Assembly (NCBI GenBank): GCA_963765575.1
Contig: CAVXWZ010000011.1
Span: forward strand, 512,001-576,000
DNA: 64,000 nucleotides
Direction: 5' to 3'
Origin: an uncultured cyanobacterium
Lineage (GTDB): Bacteria; Cyanobacteriota; Cyanobacteriia; PCC-6307; Cyanobiaceae
This document shows positions 20,305-31,874 of the stretch, piece after piece. The position numbers were made by a program, and so were the translations under genes. The number at the start of each line of letters is the position of its first letter. The first letter of the stretch is position 1. The notes beneath the pieces are model-generated. The model was not told where the DNA came from. It searched no databases and was given only the letters and a program-made list of their open reading frames with translations.

Positions 20305-20927
20305 GGCGACGCCATCGGTGGCGGCAGCTCGGCCTCGGCTGCCAGCTGCCGGCGGCGGCAGAAGCTGCAGTGTCCCCAGCGGGCCATCTCCCCGGCAGGC
20401 GCCGGGCAGCCGCAGCTGGGACAGCTGGCCATGCCGTGCACATCAGCCCGGCTGGGATGGCGCGCCCAGACCCGCTCCTCCTCCTCCCGGCCCGGGGAGG
20501 CCAGCGGGCCGGGGTGATGCTGTTCGATGCGCAGGTCGCGCAGCGCAAAGCCCGCCGCCCGCAGGGCGCCCAGCAGCTGATGGCGGTGGTATTGGAGGGC
20601 CTGCAGCCAGGGCCCCGGTGCCGCCCCCACCGTGAGCCGCGAGCCCTGCAGCCGCAGGGGGCGGCAATGGGGGGCCAGCTGGGGGCCGGCCAGTTCCGGC
20701 CAGCGCTGCCAGAGGGCCGCCAGGTGGCCCTGCCGGCGCCAGTCCTGCTGCAGGGCCTCCAGGCAGCGGTCGAGGCCGGTGGCCGGTGGGCGGGGCGGCG
20801 GCAGCAGCAGCGACACCGCGCCCAGGCGGCGGCTGGTGGCGGTGCTGGCTCGACCGCTGGCGGGGCGCCGCCGGGCCGCCGGATTGGCCCGTCGCCTGCG
20901 GCGGGCCGGGGTGGTCGGTTCTGCCAT
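20298..20927 (-). CDS. DUF721/DciA-family protein with C-terminal Zn ribbon
   Basis: W..LAGPQLA.HCRP, L.VGA, HPSR, CPSC..PAP.GEM.RW..C.FC. Confidence 0.8.
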   Translation of the reverse strand: MAEPTTPARRRRRANPAARRRPASGRASTATSRRLGAVSLLLPPPRPPATGLDRCLEALQQDWRRQGHLAALWQRWPELAGPQLAPHCRPLRLQGSRLTVGAAPGPWLQALQYHRHQLLGALRAAGFALRDLRIEQHHPGPLASPGREEEERVWARHPSRADVHGMASCPSCGCPAPAGEMARWGHCSFCRRRQLAAEAELPPPMASPQ

Positions 20928-20992
20928 GGTCTGGGCCGGATGGTGGGCCGTGGCGATAGTGGTTAGCCTCAAGCATCGCCCCGCTCGCCTCC

Positions 20993-21769
20993 ATGGGCTT
21001 CTTCGACCGCCTCAGCCGCCTGTTCCGCGCCAACGCCAACGCGGCGATCAGCAGCATGGAGGATCCGGCCAAGATCCTGGATCAGTCGGTCGATGACATG
21101 CAGCGCGACCTGGTGAAACTGCGCCAGGCCGTGGCCACGGCGATCGCCAGCCAGAAGCGCATTCAGAACCAGGCCGAGCAGGCCGAGGCCCAGAGCGCCA
21201 CCTGGTACCAACGGGCCGAACTGGCGCTGAAGAAGAGCGAGGACGACCTGGCCCGCGAAGCCCTGTCACGGCGCAAGACCTACCAGGACACGGCCACAGC
21301 CCTGAACACCCAGCTGAAGTCCCAGTCCACCCAGGTGGACGGACTCAAGAAGAGCCTGGTGGCGCTGGAGGCCAAGATCGCTGAGGCCAAGACCAAGAAG
21401 GACATGCTCAAGGCCCGCGCCCAGGCGGCGAAGGCCCAGGAGCAGCTGCAGAGCGCTGTCAGCGGGCTGGGCACCGACAACGCCATGGCGGCCTTCGAGC
21501 GTATGGAGGAGAAGGTGCAGACCCTTGAAGCCCGCAGCCAGGCGGCCGCGGAACTGGCGGGCGCGGATCTCGAAAGTCAGTTCGCTGCGCTGCAGGGCAG
21601 CGACGTGGACGACGAGCTGGCGGCCCTGAAGAATCGCCTGGCCGGGGTTCCCGAGGAGCCGATCGCCCTGCCGGCCGAGGATGCGCCGGTGCCCCGGCTC
21701 GAACCAGCCCAGGTGGCCGAGGTGGATGCCGAGCTGCAGGAACTCAAGCGCTCCATCGACCAGCTCTGA
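20993..21769 (+). CDS. pspA: PspA/IM30 (Vipp1) family protein
   Basis: MGFFDRLSR, EDP.KIL.Q, LAREAL.R, AFERMEEKV, DVDDELAALK, plus a Vipp1-like C-terminal extension. Confidence 0.92.
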   Translation: MGFFDRLSRLFRANANAAISSMEDPAKILDQSVDDMQRDLVKLRQAVATAIASQKRIQNQAEQAEAQSATWYQRAELALKKSEDDLAREALSRRKTYQDTATALNTQLKSQSTQVDGLKKSLVALEAKIAEAKTKKDMLKARAQAAKAQEQLQSAVSGLGTDNAMAAFERMEEKVQTLEARSQAAAELAGADLESQFAALQGSDVDDELAALKNRLAGVPEEPIALPAEDAPVPRLEPAQVAEVDAELQELKRSIDQL

Positions 21770-21845
21770 ACGGCCAGCCCGGCAGCCCCGCGCAGGCAGC
21801 TGGGCTGGCCTGTCCATACAATCCAGCAGCGCCGTCTCCTCCCCT

Positions 21846-22166
21846 GTGCCAGCAGCCCAGCTCACCGACGCCAGCTTCGAGACCGAGGTACTGCACTGCT
21901 CAACCGCCTACCTGGTGGATGTCTGGGCCCCGTGGTGCGGTCCCTGCAGGCTGATGGCACCGCTGATGGACTGGGCAGCGGCCGAGTATGCCGGCCGGCT
22001 CATGGTGGGCAAGCTGGAGGCGGATCCCAACCCCGCCAGCCGCGATCTCCTCAAGGTGCAGGGCCTGCCCGCCCTGGTGCTGTTCAAGGCAGGCCAGGAG
22101 GTGGCTCGCCACGAGGGCGCCATGGCCCAGGCCCAGCTGAAGGCCTTCCTGGATGCCCATCTCTGA
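21846..22166 (+). CDS. Thioredoxin
   Basis: LTDASF..EV, VDVWAPWCGPCR, VQGLP.L..FK. Confidence 0.9.
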   Translation: MPAAQLTDASFETEVLHCSTAYLVDVWAPWCGPCRLMAPLMDWAAAEYAGRLMVGKLEADPNPASRDLLKVQGLPALVLFKAGQEVARHEGAMAQAQLKAFLDAHL

Positions 22167-23346
22167 ACGCCTGAGCCGGCTGGGCAGCGGTGTCTTCGCC
22201 CGCAACGACCGCCGCAAATCGGACTATGCCCGCCGTGCGGCCGATCCGGCCTCGGGCCTGCCGCCGCTGCTCGACCTCTCGCTCGGCTCCACCGATCTGC
22301 AGCCGCCGGCCGTGGCCCTCGAGGCCATGGCCGCCAATCTGGCCCGCCCGGAAAGCGCCGCCTACTGCCTGCATGCCGCCACCGCACCCTTCCGCCGCAG
22401 CGTGGCGGCCTGGGCCCAGCGCCGCTTCGCCGTGGCGGTGGATCCCGAGCTGGAGGTGCTGCTGCTGGTGGGTTCCCAGGAGGGCACGGCCCACCTGCCC
22501 CTGGCGGTGCTCAATCCTGGCGATGCGGCGCTGCTGCTCGATCCCTACTACCCCTCCCACATGGGTGGGCTGCACCTGGCTTCGGCCCGGCCACTGCTGT
22601 TGCCCCTTGATGGCGCAGCCGGCTGGCGACCCGACTTCGAGCACCTGTCGCCGGCGCAGTGGGACGCCGTGCGTTTGATGGTGCTGGGGTTTCCCCACAA
22701 CCCCACGGCCACAACCGGCGAGCAGGCCTGGCTGGATCAGGCGGTGGAGAAGGCCCTCACCCATGACATCGTGCTCGCCCACGACAATCCCTACGTGGAC
22801 CTGGCCCTGGAGGGTGAGGCTCCGGCCCTGTTGCGCAATCCCGCCTGGCGGCAGTGCGGGATCGAGTTCTTCTCCCTCTCCAAGAGTTGGTGCCTGGGGG
22901 GCTACCGGCTGGCCTTCGCCATCGGCGCCGAGTGGCTGATCACCGCCCTGCGCCAGCTCAAGGGGGTGGTGGATTTCAACCAGTCGCTGGCGCTGCAGGC
23001 CGGGGCCATCGCCGCCATCGAGCAGGCGCCGGAGTGGCCGCAACAGCTGCGAACGGTCTATCGCCAGCGCCGGGATGCCATGGCCGCAGCCCTGGAAGCC
23101 TCCGGCTGGCCGGTGCGACGCCCCTCGATGGCCCTCTATCTCTGGCTGGCGTTGCCCCCCCAGGCCCGGGGGCTGGAGTCGGAGGCCTTCTGTGCGGCCC
23201 TGCTGGAGGGCAGCGGTGTGGCCCTCACCCCCGGCAACGGCTTCGGTCCGGCGGGGGAGGGCTGGGCCCGCTTGGCCCTGGTGCATCCGCAGGCCGAGCT
23301 GGAGTGTGGCGCCGAGCGGATCAGCCGCTGGCTGGCCAGTCGGTGA
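22153..23346 (+). CDS. Class I/II PLP aminotransferase (LL-diaminopimelate aminotransferase-like)
   Basis: GSQEG, DPYYP, FPHNPT, HDNPY, SLSKSW..GYR, PGNGFG..GEG..R. Confidence 0.87.
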   Translation: MPISERLSRLGSGVFARNDRRKSDYARRAADPASGLPPLLDLSLGSTDLQPPAVALEAMAANLARPESAAYCLHAATAPFRRSVAAWAQRRFAVAVDPELEVLLLVGSQEGTAHLPLAVLNPGDAALLLDPYYPSHMGGLHLASARPLLLPLDGAAGWRPDFEHLSPAQWDAVRLMVLGFPHNPTATTGEQAWLDQAVEKALTHDIVLAHDNPYVDLALEGEAPALLRNPAWRQCGIEFFSLSKSWCLGGYRLAFAIGAEWLITALRQLKGVVDFNQSLALQAGAIAAIEQAPEWPQQLRTVYRQRRDAMAAALEASGWPVRRPSMALYLWLALPPQARGLESEAFCAALLEGSGVALTPGNGFGPAGEGWARLALVHPQAELECGAERISRWLASR

Positions 23347-24092
23347 GGGGCCCGGCTGCCAACGGCGGCCCGGGGCCATGGCAGCTGCGGCGCCTGCCGG
23401 TGTGCGCCAGCACCGAACTGGAACTGGAGCGCTGGCTGCGCCGCCGCGGCAGGGGGCCACTCGCCGGGGAGGTGCCCCTGGCGGTGGTGGCCCGGCGCCA
23501 GCGCCACGGGCATGGCCAGCGGGGCCGGCCCTGGCAGTCGCCTGCCGGGGGCGTGTGGCTGAGTGCCGCCCTGCCCTGGCCGGCGCGGCCTGCAACCGCC
23601 CTGGGCCTGGCGGTGGTGCTGGGGCTGGCGTTGGAGCTGGAGGCCCTCGGCCTGCAGCCCCGCATCAAGTGGCCCAACGACCTGCTGCTGCAGGGACGCA
23701 AGCTGGCCGGGGTGCTGCCGCGGCTGCGGCTGCGGGGTGATCGCGTGCGCTGGGCCCAGGTGGGGGTGGGCATCAACGGCATCAACCGGGTGCCGGCCGG
23801 TGCCATCGCCCTGGCTGAGGCACTGGCGGGGGCTGGACAGCACCATCCCCAGGCCAGGCCCTTACACCTGGAACGCCGCGTGCTGCGGGCCCTGGCCTGG
23901 GCCCGCGACCAGGCCACCGCCCCGGCCGACAGCGACGACGCCATCCACCGCCTGGCGGAGAGCCGCCTGGAGCCCTGCCCCCTGGGCCTGGTCCACGGTG
24001 GCGTGCGCTGGCAGGTGGAGGGGCTGGGGGCCGATGGGGGCCTGCTCCTGAGGCGGGGGGCGCTGACCACGCGTCTGCAGCGCCGGTTTTGA
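23343..24092 (+). CDS. birA: Biotin--acetyl-CoA-carboxylase ligase
   Basis: C.ST, Q..G.GQRGR.W.SP.GG, IKWPNDL...RKLAG, GVGIN. Confidence 0.9.
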   Translation: MRGPAANGGPGPWQLRRLPVCASTELELERWLRRRGRGPLAGEVPLAVVARRQRHGHGQRGRPWQSPAGGVWLSAALPWPARPATALGLAVVLGLALELEALGLQPRIKWPNDLLLQGRKLAGVLPRLRLRGDRVRWAQVGVGINGINRVPAGAIALAEALAGAGQHHPQARPLHLERRVLRALAWARDQATAPADSDDAIHRLAESRLEPCPLGLVHGGVRWQVEGLGADGGLLLRRGALTTRLQRRF

Positions 24093-24122
24093 GGCGCCAA
24101 GGGTTGGGCCGCCGGGCCTGAT

Positions 24123-24128
24123 TACAAT
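24123..24128 (+). promoter_or_regulatory. Putative -10 element (TACAAT) 7 nt upstream of the M23 peptidase ATG
   Basis: TACAAT in a short intergenic gap within GC-rich DNA; no SD sequence before the ATG. Confidence 0.45.
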
Positions 24129-24135
24129 CCCGCCC

Positions 24136-25479
24136 ATGGGCAGCTCTCCGCTCCAACGATCGCCCCGCGGGCGCCGGGGCCTGCGCTCCGCTGGCGCGGC
24201 CTCCCTGGTGGCGGCTGCCGTTGCAGCCCTCTCCGGCGCCGGTGCCCTGGGCCAGGCCCAGGAACCAGCCGCGGAACCCTCCCGTCCTCAACCGGCTCCG
24301 GCCGCGGCCGGAGCGGCCGGCCTTGGGGACCAGCCAATCAGCCGGCCGGCCGCCTCACCCCGGCCGGTCCCCGCCGCCCCGGCCGAGGCCCTCAGCCCCC
24401 GTCTGGCACCGGTTGCCACTCCGGCGCCAGCGGCGGTGGCCCCGGCTCCACAGCCACGCCGGCCCGATGCCATCCAGCCGGGGCCTCTACGGCCCGATCC
24501 CGCCTCCCTGAGCGCCCCCGAGCCCCGTCGCTTCGATCGCTCCCTCGACGATCTGGTGCGCGACGGGGTGGTGACCCAGGCCGAGCGCGATCGCATCCGC
24601 AGCGGCGCGATGACATCTCCGGTGCAGGCCCCTGCCCACCGCCAGGCCTGCCGCAGCGGCGCCCTCTCCGAGCAGGAGTGCCGCACGGGCGTGGTGGTGC
24701 GCTGGCGCGGCCGCTCCCCGGGCCAGGGCTGGCCCCTCGATGCCGGTGACCCCGCAGCGGTTGCGGCGGCACGGGACCAGTTGCAGGCGGGATCCAGCGG
24801 CTGGAGCGGCGCCATGGGCGAGGTGTTCACCACCCCCCTGACCACGCCCCTCACGGTTCCGGTGGCCTCCCTGATGGGCGGCGATGGCAGCAACCTGCGC
24901 CTGGCCGACGTCTTCGCGATCACCCCCCGGCCCGCCCCGCTGGCGGGCAACGGCAATCGCGGCCTGCTGTTCCCCCTCATCGGAGCTGGGGTCAACACCA
25001 GTGGTTTCGGCTTCCGGCTGCACCCGATCCTGGGCAGCTGGCTGATGCATGCGGGCATCGATCTCGCTGCCCCCACGGGCACTCCGGTGGTGGCGGTGCT
25101 CGGCGGCCGGGTGGTGAGCAGCGGTGGAGCCGGTGGCTATGGCCTGGCGGTTGAAGTGGAGCACGACAACCCCCGCCGGCGCACGCTCTATGCCCACCTC
25201 AGCGAGCTGTATGTGAAATCAGGCGACCGGGTACGCCAGGGTGAGGTCGTTGGACGGGTCGGCAGCACGGGCCGCAGCACCGGGCCACACCTGCACTTCG
25301 AGCTGCGCCTGCCCAGTGATGGCGGCTGGGTGGCCGTTGATCCCGGCGGTTTTGCACCCGGTGCCAATCCCCTCAACCCCCTGGGCAGCGATGTCATCGC
25401 CCAGATGATGGGCCAGCTGCTGCAGCGGCTCGAACGCCCCGACAGCGTTGCCACCGAATCCGGCCCACTGGGGGGCTGA
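24136..25479 (+). CDS. M23 family metallopeptidase with Pro/Ala-rich N-terminus
   Basis: SGFG.R.HP, HAGIDLAAP.GTPV, TLYAHLS, VG.TG.STGPHLHFE. Confidence 0.9.
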   Translation: MGSSPLQRSPRGRRGLRSAGAASLVAAAVAALSGAGALGQAQEPAAEPSRPQPAPAAAGAAGLGDQPISRPAASPRPVPAAPAEALSPRLAPVATPAPAAVAPAPQPRRPDAIQPGPLRPDPASLSAPEPRRFDRSLDDLVRDGVVTQAERDRIRSGAMTSPVQAPAHRQACRSGALSEQECRTGVVVRWRGRSPGQGWPLDAGDPAAVAAARDQLQAGSSGWSGAMGEVFTTPLTTPLTVPVASLMGGDGSNLRLADVFAITPRPAPLAGNGNRGLLFPLIGAGVNTSGFGFRLHPILGSWLMHAGIDLAAPTGTPVVAVLGGRVVSSGGAGGYGLAVEVEHDNPRRRTLYAHLSELYVKSGDRVRQGEVVGRVGSTGRSTGPHLHFELRLPSDGGWVAVDPGGFAPGANPLNPLGSDVIAQMMGQLLQRLERPDSVATESGPLGG

Positions 25480-25507
25480 GGTACAGCGATCTCCGGCACA
25501 GCGACCT

Positions 25508-26203
25508 TCAGGCGGCGATGCGTCCGTCGCGGAAGTGCACCACCTGTTCGGCGCGGGCGGCCACGTTGTCCTCGTGGGTCACCATCACCACGGTGATGCC
25601 GCCGCGGTGCAGGTCATCGACGATGTCGAGCACCTCTTCGGTGGTGTGGGAATCGAGTGCTCCGGTGGGCTCATCGGCCAGCAGCAGTGCCGGTTGGTTG
25701 ATGATCGCCCGGGCGATCGCCACCCGCTGCTGCTGGCCACCGGAGAGCTGGTTGGGCTTGTTGTGCAGGCGTTGGCCCAGGCCCACCAGCTCCAGGGCCC
25801 GATGGGCCCGCTCCCGCCGCTCGGCGGTCGGAACCCCGGCGTAGATCATTGGCAGCATCACGTTCTCGAGGGCCGTGAGCTGGGGCAGCAGGTGAAACTG
25901 CTGAAACACGAAGCCCAGCTCGCGGTTGCGCAGATCAGCCAGTTGGTCGTCGTCGAGGGTCTCCACCGGCACGCCATTGAGGCGGTAGGTGCCGCCGCTG
26001 GGACGGTCGAGGCAGCCGAGGATGTTCATGGCCGTGCTCTTGCCCGACCCCGACGCCCCCATCACCGCCAGGTAATCGCCCTGATTCACCCGCAGGTCCA
26101 GGCCGTCCAGGGCCCTGACCTCGGCATCGCCGCTGCCGTACACCTTCTCAACACCCACCAGTTCGGCGACCGGGATGGAGGGCAGCGGCAGGGACTCAGC
26201 CAA
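25508..26203 (-). CDS. ABC transporter ATP-binding protein (LolD/MacB type)
   Basis: [42 protein letters not shown]. Confidence 0.92.
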   Translation of the reverse strand: MAESLPLPSIPVAELVGVEKVYGSGDAEVRALDGLDLRVNQGDYLAVMGASGSGKSTAMNILGCLDRPSGGTYRLNGVPVETLDDDQLADLRNRELGFVFQQFHLLPQLTALENVMLPMIYAGVPTAERRERAHRALELVGLGQRLHNKPNQLSGGQQQRVAIARAIINQPALLLADEPTGALDSHTTEEVLDIVDDLHRGGITVVMVTHEDNVAARAEQVVHFRDGRIAA

Positions 26204-27773
26204 GGGTTCCCTGCAGGATCGGCGTGCCGGCCACACTCTGGCTGGCCCAGGTGAACAGGGGGCTGGAGAGGATGCCACCCACGGCAGTGACGATCACGCA
26301 ACTCACCAGGGCGGCGCGCAGGGAAGTCAGGCCCGGCAGTGACCAGCTGATCTCCGGGTAGGCCTTCACCACGTCTGAGGCTTCATGGGGCTCCTTGACC
26401 ACCATCATCTTGATCACCGAGATGTAGTAGTAGATCGATACAACCGAGGTGAGCAGGCCCACCACCACGAGCAGGTACTGGCCGTCGGCCCAACCGGCGA
26501 AGAAGAGGTAGATCTTGCCGAAGAAGCCCAGCATCGGCGGGATTCCCCCCAGCGACAGCAGGCAGAGGCTAAGGCCGAGGGTGATCAGGGGATCCTTCTG
26601 GTAGAGCCCGGCGTAGTCGGCGATGCGGTCACTGCCGGTGCGCAGAGAGAACAAGATGATGCAGGCGAAGGCCCCCAGGTTCATGAACAGGTAGGCGGCC
26701 ATGTAGAGCACCATCGCGGCATAGCCGTCCTCGGTGCCGCACACCAGCCCGATCATCACGAATCCGGCCTGGCCGATGGAGCTGTAGGCCAGCATCCGCT
26801 TCATCGACGTCTGGGCCAGGGCCACCACGTTGCCGAGCACCATGCTCAGCACCGCCAGCACCGTGAACAACAGCTTCCACTGGCTGTCGAAGCTGCTGAA
26901 GCAGCCCACCAGGATGCGCAGCGCCAGGGCGAACCCGGCGGCCTTGGAGCCCACCGAGAGAAAGGCCACCACCGGGGTGGGGGAGCCTTCGTAGACGTCA
27001 GGGGTCCATTGGTGGAAGGGCACGGCGGCGATTTTGAAGGCCACCGTGGCCAGCACGAACACCAGGGCCAGGGCGGCGACCGGGCTGGCGCTGGTCTCCA
27101 GGGCCACGGCCACGGCCTCCAGGCTGGTGGACCCACCGGTGAGGCCGTAGAGCAGGGAGGCGCCATAGAGGAACACAGCCGCCGCCGCCGAGCCCACCAG
27201 CAGATATTTCAGGGCCGCTTCGGAGCTGCGGGCGTCCCGTTTCATGTAGCCCGAGAGCAGATAGCTGGCCACCGAGAGGGTTTCCAGCGACACGAAGATG
27301 CTCACCAGATCGGTGGCACCGCACAGGAACATCGCTCCCAGGGTGGCGGCGAGCAGGATTGCCGCGTATTCGCCCACCGGCGTGCCGCTGCGCTCCACAT
27401 AGCGCCAGCTGAGCATCAGGGTGATCAGCGTGGAGGCGGCCACCACGGCGCGGAAGGCGATCGCCAGGTTGTCGGCCAGAAAGCTGCCCAGGAAGGAGGG
27501 CTGCAGGTCGGCTGTGTTCCACTGCAGGGCCAGCAGCACCAGGGCGCCGCCCAGGCCGGCATAGGAGAAGGGGGGCACCCAGCGGCTGGCGGAGCGCTCG
27601 CCCGCCAGATCCACCAGCAGGCAGGCCAGCAGGGCCACCAACACGGCCCCCTCCGGTGCGATCGCACCGGCGTTGAGCTGCAGTGCCAGCCCGGGGATGC
27701 CGGCGCCACTGCCGATGGCCTCGCTGGCGGGGTTGAGCGCTGGGGCCAGGGCACTGGGCAGTGCGGTGGCCAA
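26196..27773 (-). CDS. ndhB: NAD(P)H-quinone oxidoreductase subunit 2
   Basis: [60 protein letters not shown]. Confidence 0.96.
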   Translation of the reverse strand: MATALPSALAPALNPASEAIGSGAGIPGLALQLNAGAIAPEGAVLVALLACLLVDLAGERSASRWVPPFSYAGLGGALVLLALQWNTADLQPSFLGSFLADNLAIAFRAVVAASTLITLMLSWRYVERSGTPVGEYAAILLAATLGAMFLCGATDLVSIFVSLETLSVASYLLSGYMKRDARSSEAALKYLLVGSAAAAVFLYGASLLYGLTGGSTSLEAVAVALETSASPVAALALVFVLATVAFKIAAVPFHQWTPDVYEGSPTPVVAFLSVGSKAAGFALALRILVGCFSSFDSQWKLLFTVLAVLSMVLGNVVALAQTSMKRMLAYSSIGQAGFVMIGLVCGTEDGYAAMVLYMAAYLFMNLGAFACIILFSLRTGSDRIADYAGLYQKDPLITLGLSLCLLSLGGIPPMLGFFGKIYLFFAGWADGQYLLVVVGLLTSVVSIYYYISVIKMMVVKEPHEASDVVKAYPEISWSLPGLTSLRAALVSCVIVTAVGGILSSPLFTWASQSVAGTPILQGTLG

Positions 27774-27932
27774 GGCCGGCTGGCCAGGGCGGTGGGAAAA
27801 GCCATCACGCCGGGCGGAAACATCACAGCGGCTGTGGGGCTAGGAGGTTTGTTGAGGGCGACTGTAGCCGCGTTGTTCGCCTCGGCCGGGGCCGCTGGTG
27901 CGATAAAGAGGTAAGCGGTCGTCCACCAGCCC

Positions 27933-30668
27933 GTGGGTCACACCCTCGTCATCGTTGAGAGCCCCACAAAGGCCCGCACCATCCGTAAGTTCCTGCCCGG
28001 GGACTTCCGCGTGGAGGCCTCCATGGGGCACGTGCGTGATCTCCCCAACAACGCCAGTGAGATCCCTGCCGCCCACAAGGGCGAGAAGTGGGCCAACCTG
28101 GGCGTCAACACCGCCAGCGCCTTTGAGCCCCTCTACGTGGTGCCGAAGGACAAGAAGAAAGTGGTGAAGGAACTCAAGGACGCCCTCAAGGGTGCCGACC
28201 GGCTGCTGCTGGCCACTGACGAGGACCGCGAGGGCGAGAGCATCAGCTGGCACCTGTTGCAGCTGCTCGGCCCCAAGGTGCCGGTGAAGCGGATGGTGTT
28301 CCACGAAATCACCAAGGAGGCGATCGGCCGGGCCCTGGAGCAGACCCGCGATCTGGACATGGAGCTGGTCCATGCCCAGGAAACCCGGCGGATCCTGGAC
28401 CGCCTGGTGGGTTACACCCTCTCGCCGCTGCTCTGGAAGAAAGTGGCCTGGGGGCTCTCGGCCGGCCGGGTTCAGTCGGTGGCGGTGCGGTTGCTGGTGC
28501 AGCGCGAGCGGGCGCGGCGGGCCTTCAGAAGCGGCAGTTACTGGGACCTCAAGGCCCAGCTGGATCAGGCTGGCGGCGGCTTTGAGGCCAAGCTCCATCA
28601 CCTGGGCGGGGTGAAGATCGCCGGTGGGGGCGACTTCGATGAGACCACGGGCGCCCTCAAGGCCGGCAGCAAGGTGCGGCTGCTGGCGGAGGACGAGGCT
28701 CGCTCCCTGCAGCAGGCCCTGCAACAGGCCCCCTGGCAGGTGACGGCCGTGGAGGCCAAGCCGACCGTGCGCAAGCCGGTGGCGCCCTTCACCACCAGCA
28801 CCCTGCAGCAGGAGGCCAACCGCAAGCTGCGCCTCTCCGCGCGTGAAACCATGCGCGCCGCCCAAGGGCTCTATGAGCGCGGCTTCATCACCTACATGCG
28901 CACCGACTCGGTGCACCTCAGCGAACAGGCGATCAGCGCGGCCCGCAGCTGTGTGGCCGGCAAGTACGGCCAGGACTATCTGAGCCCCAGCCCGCGCCAG
29001 TTCACCACCAAGGCCCGCAACGCCCAGGAGGCCCACGAGGCGATCCGGCCAGCCGGCGAGAGCTTCCGCGACCCCTCGGCCACCGCACTCGACGGCCGCG
29101 ATCTGGCCCTCTACGAGTTGATCTGGAAGCGCACCGTCGCCAGCCAGATGGCCGATGCCCGACTCACCATGCTCTCGGTGGACCTGGAGGTGGATGGCGG
29201 GGCGCCGGGCCGCGCCGGCTTCCGGGCCAATGGCAAGCGCATCGACTTCCCCGGCTTCTTCCGCGCCTATGTGGAGGGCAGCGATGATCCCGATGCCGCC
29301 CTGGAGGGTCAGGAGGTGCTGCTGCCGGCCCTGGTGGTGGGCGACACACCAACCTGCAAGGGCGTGGAGGCCCTGGGCCACCAGACCCAGCCCCCGGCCC
29401 GCTTCAGCGAAGCCGCCCTGGTGAAAACCCTGGAGAAGGAGGGCATCGGCCGCCCCTCCACCTACGCCTCGATCATCGGCACGATCGTGGACCGCGGCTA
29501 CGCGACGCTGGCCAACAACGCGCTCACGCCGAGCTTCACGGCCTTCGCCGTCACCGCCCTGCTGGAAGAGCACTTCCCCGATCTTGTGGACACGGGATTC
29601 ACCGCTCGGATGGAGACCACCCTCGATGACATCTCCCACGGCAAGGTGCAGTGGCTGCCCTACCTGGAGGGCTTCTACAGGGGTGATCAGGGCCTGGAAA
29701 CCCAGGTGAGCCAGCGGGAGGGGGACATCGACCCCGGCGCCTCCCGTACGGTCCAGCTTGAGGGCCTGCCCTGTGTGGTGCGCATCGGCCGCTTCGGCGC
29801 CTATCTCGAGACCAAGCGGGTGGCCGACGACGGCAGCGAGGAGCTGCTCAAGGCCACCCTGCCCCAGGAGATCACGCCGGCTGATCTCGATGCACCCAAG
29901 GCGGAATTGATCCTGCGCCAGAAGGCCGAGGGCCCCGAGGCCCTGGGGGTCGATCCCGAGACCGGCGACGCGGTGTATCTGCTCTTCGGCCAGTACGGCC
30001 CCTACCTGCAGCGGGGTCAGGTGAGCGACGAGATCCCCAAACCCAAGCGCGCCTCCCTGCCCAAGGGGGTCAAGCCCGAGGAGCTGAGCCTCGAGGACGC
30101 CCTCGGCCTGCTGCGCCTGCCACGCCAGCTTGGTGACCACCCCGAGGGCGGCCGGGTGGAGGCCGGCCTGGGCCGCTTTGGGCCCTACGTGGTGCATCAC
30201 AAGGGCAAAGGCGAAAAGGATTACCGCTCGCTCAAGGCCGAGGATGACGTGCTGGTGGTGGGTCTGGGCCGGGCCCTGGAGCTGCTGGCCATGCCCAAGC
30301 GGGGGCGCGGCGGTCGCACCGCCCTCAAGGACCTGGGTACCCCGGCGGCGAGCGAGGAGACGATCCAGCTGTTCGATGGTCCCTACGGGCTCTACGTGAA
30401 GCAGGGCAAGGTGAATGCCTCCCTGCCGGAGGGCACCACCGCCGAAACCATCACCCTGGAGCAGGCGGTGGAGCTGCTGGCGGCGAAGCAGGCCAGCGGC
30501 AAGAAGCCCAGCGCCAAGAGGGCCAGCACAAAGCAGCCCAGCACCAAGAAGCCCACCGGCAAGACGGGCGCCGCCCGCAAGCCGGCGGCCAAGAAGCCCC
30601 CGGCCACCACCAAGACCGGGCGTCTGCGGGCCAGTGCCGTGCGGGTGATCAAGGCCGCTGACAGCTGA
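27933..30668 (+). CDS. topA: DNA topoisomerase I
   Basis: [61 protein letters not shown]-terminal repeats, Lys-rich tail. Confidence 0.98.
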   Translation: MGHTLVIVESPTKARTIRKFLPGDFRVEASMGHVRDLPNNASEIPAAHKGEKWANLGVNTASAFEPLYVVPKDKKKVVKELKDALKGADRLLLATDEDREGESISWHLLQLLGPKVPVKRMVFHEITKEAIGRALEQTRDLDMELVHAQETRRILDRLVGYTLSPLLWKKVAWGLSAGRVQSVAVRLLVQRERARRAFRSGSYWDLKAQLDQAGGGFEAKLHHLGGVKIAGGGDFDETTGALKAGSKVRLLAEDEARSLQQALQQAPWQVTAVEAKPTVRKPVAPFTTSTLQQEANRKLRLSARETMRAAQGLYERGFITYMRTDSVHLSEQAISAARSCVAGKYGQDYLSPSPRQFTTKARNAQEAHEAIRPAGESFRDPSATALDGRDLALYELIWKRTVASQMADARLTMLSVDLEVDGGAPGRAGFRANGKRIDFPGFFRAYVEGSDDPDAALEGQEVLLPALVVGDTPTCKGVEALGHQTQPPARFSEAALVKTLEKEGIGRPSTYASIIGTIVDRGYATLANNALTPSFTAFAVTALLEEHFPDLVDTGFTARMETTLDDISHGKVQWLPYLEGFYRGDQGLETQVSQREGDIDPGASRTVQLEGLPCVVRIGRFGAYLETKRVADDGSEELLKATLPQEITPADLDAPKAELILRQKAEGPEALGVDPETGDAVYLLFGQYGPYLQRGQVSDEIPKPKRASLPKGVKPEELSLEDALGLLRLPRQLGDHPEGGRVEAGLGRFGPYVVHHKGKGEKDYRSLKAEDDVLVVGLGRALELLAMPKRGRGGRTALKDLGTPAASEETIQLFDGPYGLYVKQGKVNASLPEGTTAETITLEQAVELLAAKQASGKKPSAKRASTKQPSTKKPTGKTGAARKPAAKKPPATTKTGRLRASAVRVIKAADS

Positions 30669-31210
30669 TGGATCAGCTGCGGCGGCCCTCGATCGATCGC
30701 CCTGCCCGCCTGTGGGGGGCGCCCTGGCTCGCCCTGCCCCTGGTGCTGCTGCTGGCGGCTTGCAGCGGCACCCCCTTCGGCGACCAGCTCGGTGGCAGCT
30801 TCCCCGATGGCGAGGCCCCCGCGGCTGACGCCACCGCCGCTCCAGCCCCTACCGGTGCCGCCGGGGCTCCCCAGCCCGCCCAGGGGGCGGCCCCCGGCGG
30901 CACCCCGGCAGCCGGTGCCAGTGCGGCCCAGCCCGCCACCCCCGGCCCGGCGGGGGCCGGCCCTCCAGCCACCAACCCACCGGCGCCCACCCCACCGGCC
31001 CCCGCTGTCACTCCGGTTCCCTACCGCCTCACCCTGCGGCTCGCCGGCGCCGATCCGGCCGCGCCGGCGGAGGAGGTGACCAGAGCGCTGCGGGCCGCTG
31101 GACTGGCCTTCGAGGTGGAGGTGATCGAGCGTCTCCCCGCGGGGACGGCGCCGGCAGCCCCAGCCAGCACGCCCGCGCCCACTCCCGCCGCTTCCCCGAG
31201 CGCCCGCTGA
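30668..31210 (+). CDS. Putative lipoprotein with Pro/Ala-rich linker
   Basis: LLLAAC lipobox; ATG overlaps topA stop; compact C-terminal segment YRLTLRL..ADP.APAE.VT.ALR. Confidence 0.75.
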   Translation: MDQLRRPSIDRPARLWGAPWLALPLVLLLAACSGTPFGDQLGGSFPDGEAPAADATAAPAPTGAAGAPQPAQGAAPGGTPAAGASAAQPATPGPAGAGPPATNPPAPTPPAPAVTPVPYRLTLRLAGADPAAPAEEVTRALRAAGLAFEVEVIERLPAGTAPAAPASTPAPTPAASPSAR

Positions 31211-31866
31211 TGGCTGCTCCCCCCGGCGGCCAGCTCAGCCCCCGCCAGGCCCGCCAGCTGATGGACACCGCCTATCTGGCCGCAGCCACTGCCCTGCTCT
31301 GGGTGGCGCTCTACTACCTGCCGGTGGGCAGCCCCCTGTTCCGGCTGGCCCTGCCATTGCCGCTCACCCTGCTGCAGCTGCGCCACGGCTGGCGCTGCGC
31401 CTGGGAGGGCCTGGTCGTGACCACCCTGCTGTTGGTGGCGTTGATGGGGCCGATCCGCGGCCCGCTGGTCGTGTTCCCCTACGGCCTCTTGGCCCTGTGG
31501 CTGGGTTGGTGCTGGCGGCGGCGCTACAGCTGGTGGCTGAGCTGGAGCCTGGGCAGCGTGATCGGAGCTGCCGGCTTTCTCGTGCGCGTGGCGGTGCTCT
31601 CGGTGCTGGTGGGTGAAAACCTCTGGGTGGTGATCACCACGGCGGCCGCCGGGCTGCTGGAGCGGCTGGCGGGCCTGGTGGGTCTGGGCGCGGCCGTGCA
31701 GCTTGAGCAGGTGCAAGGGGCGGCCGTGCTGCTGGTGTGGGTGCAGAACGTGGTGATCGTGCTCACCCTCCACGCTGCGGCCTACTGGATCTTTCCCCGC
31801 CTGCAGGCACCGATCAGCGAGCCTCCCCCCGCCCTGCGGGCCCTGGTGGCGGTGGATCCCCTCTGA
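31210..31866 (+). CDS. DUF2232-family membrane protein
   Basis: LMDTAYLAA..ALLW...YY.P, LPLPL, GP.R; multiple TM segments; upstream of cobT. Confidence 0.78.
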   Translation: MAAPPGGQLSPRQARQLMDTAYLAAATALLWVALYYLPVGSPLFRLALPLPLTLLQLRHGWRCAWEGLVVTTLLLVALMGPIRGPLVVFPYGLLALWLGWCWRRRYSWWLSWSLGSVIGAAGFLVRVAVLSVLVGENLWVVITTAAAGLLERLAGLVGLGAAVQLEQVQGAAVLLVWVQNVVIVLTLHAAAYWIFPRLQAPISEPPPALRALVAVDPL

Positions 31867-31874
31867 GTCCTCCC

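Noticed and set aside
27653..27670. 18-bp perfect palindrome CCGGTGCGATCGCACCGG
   Set aside because: Lies within ndhB coding sequence around a HIP1-like core; single copy and plausibly chance
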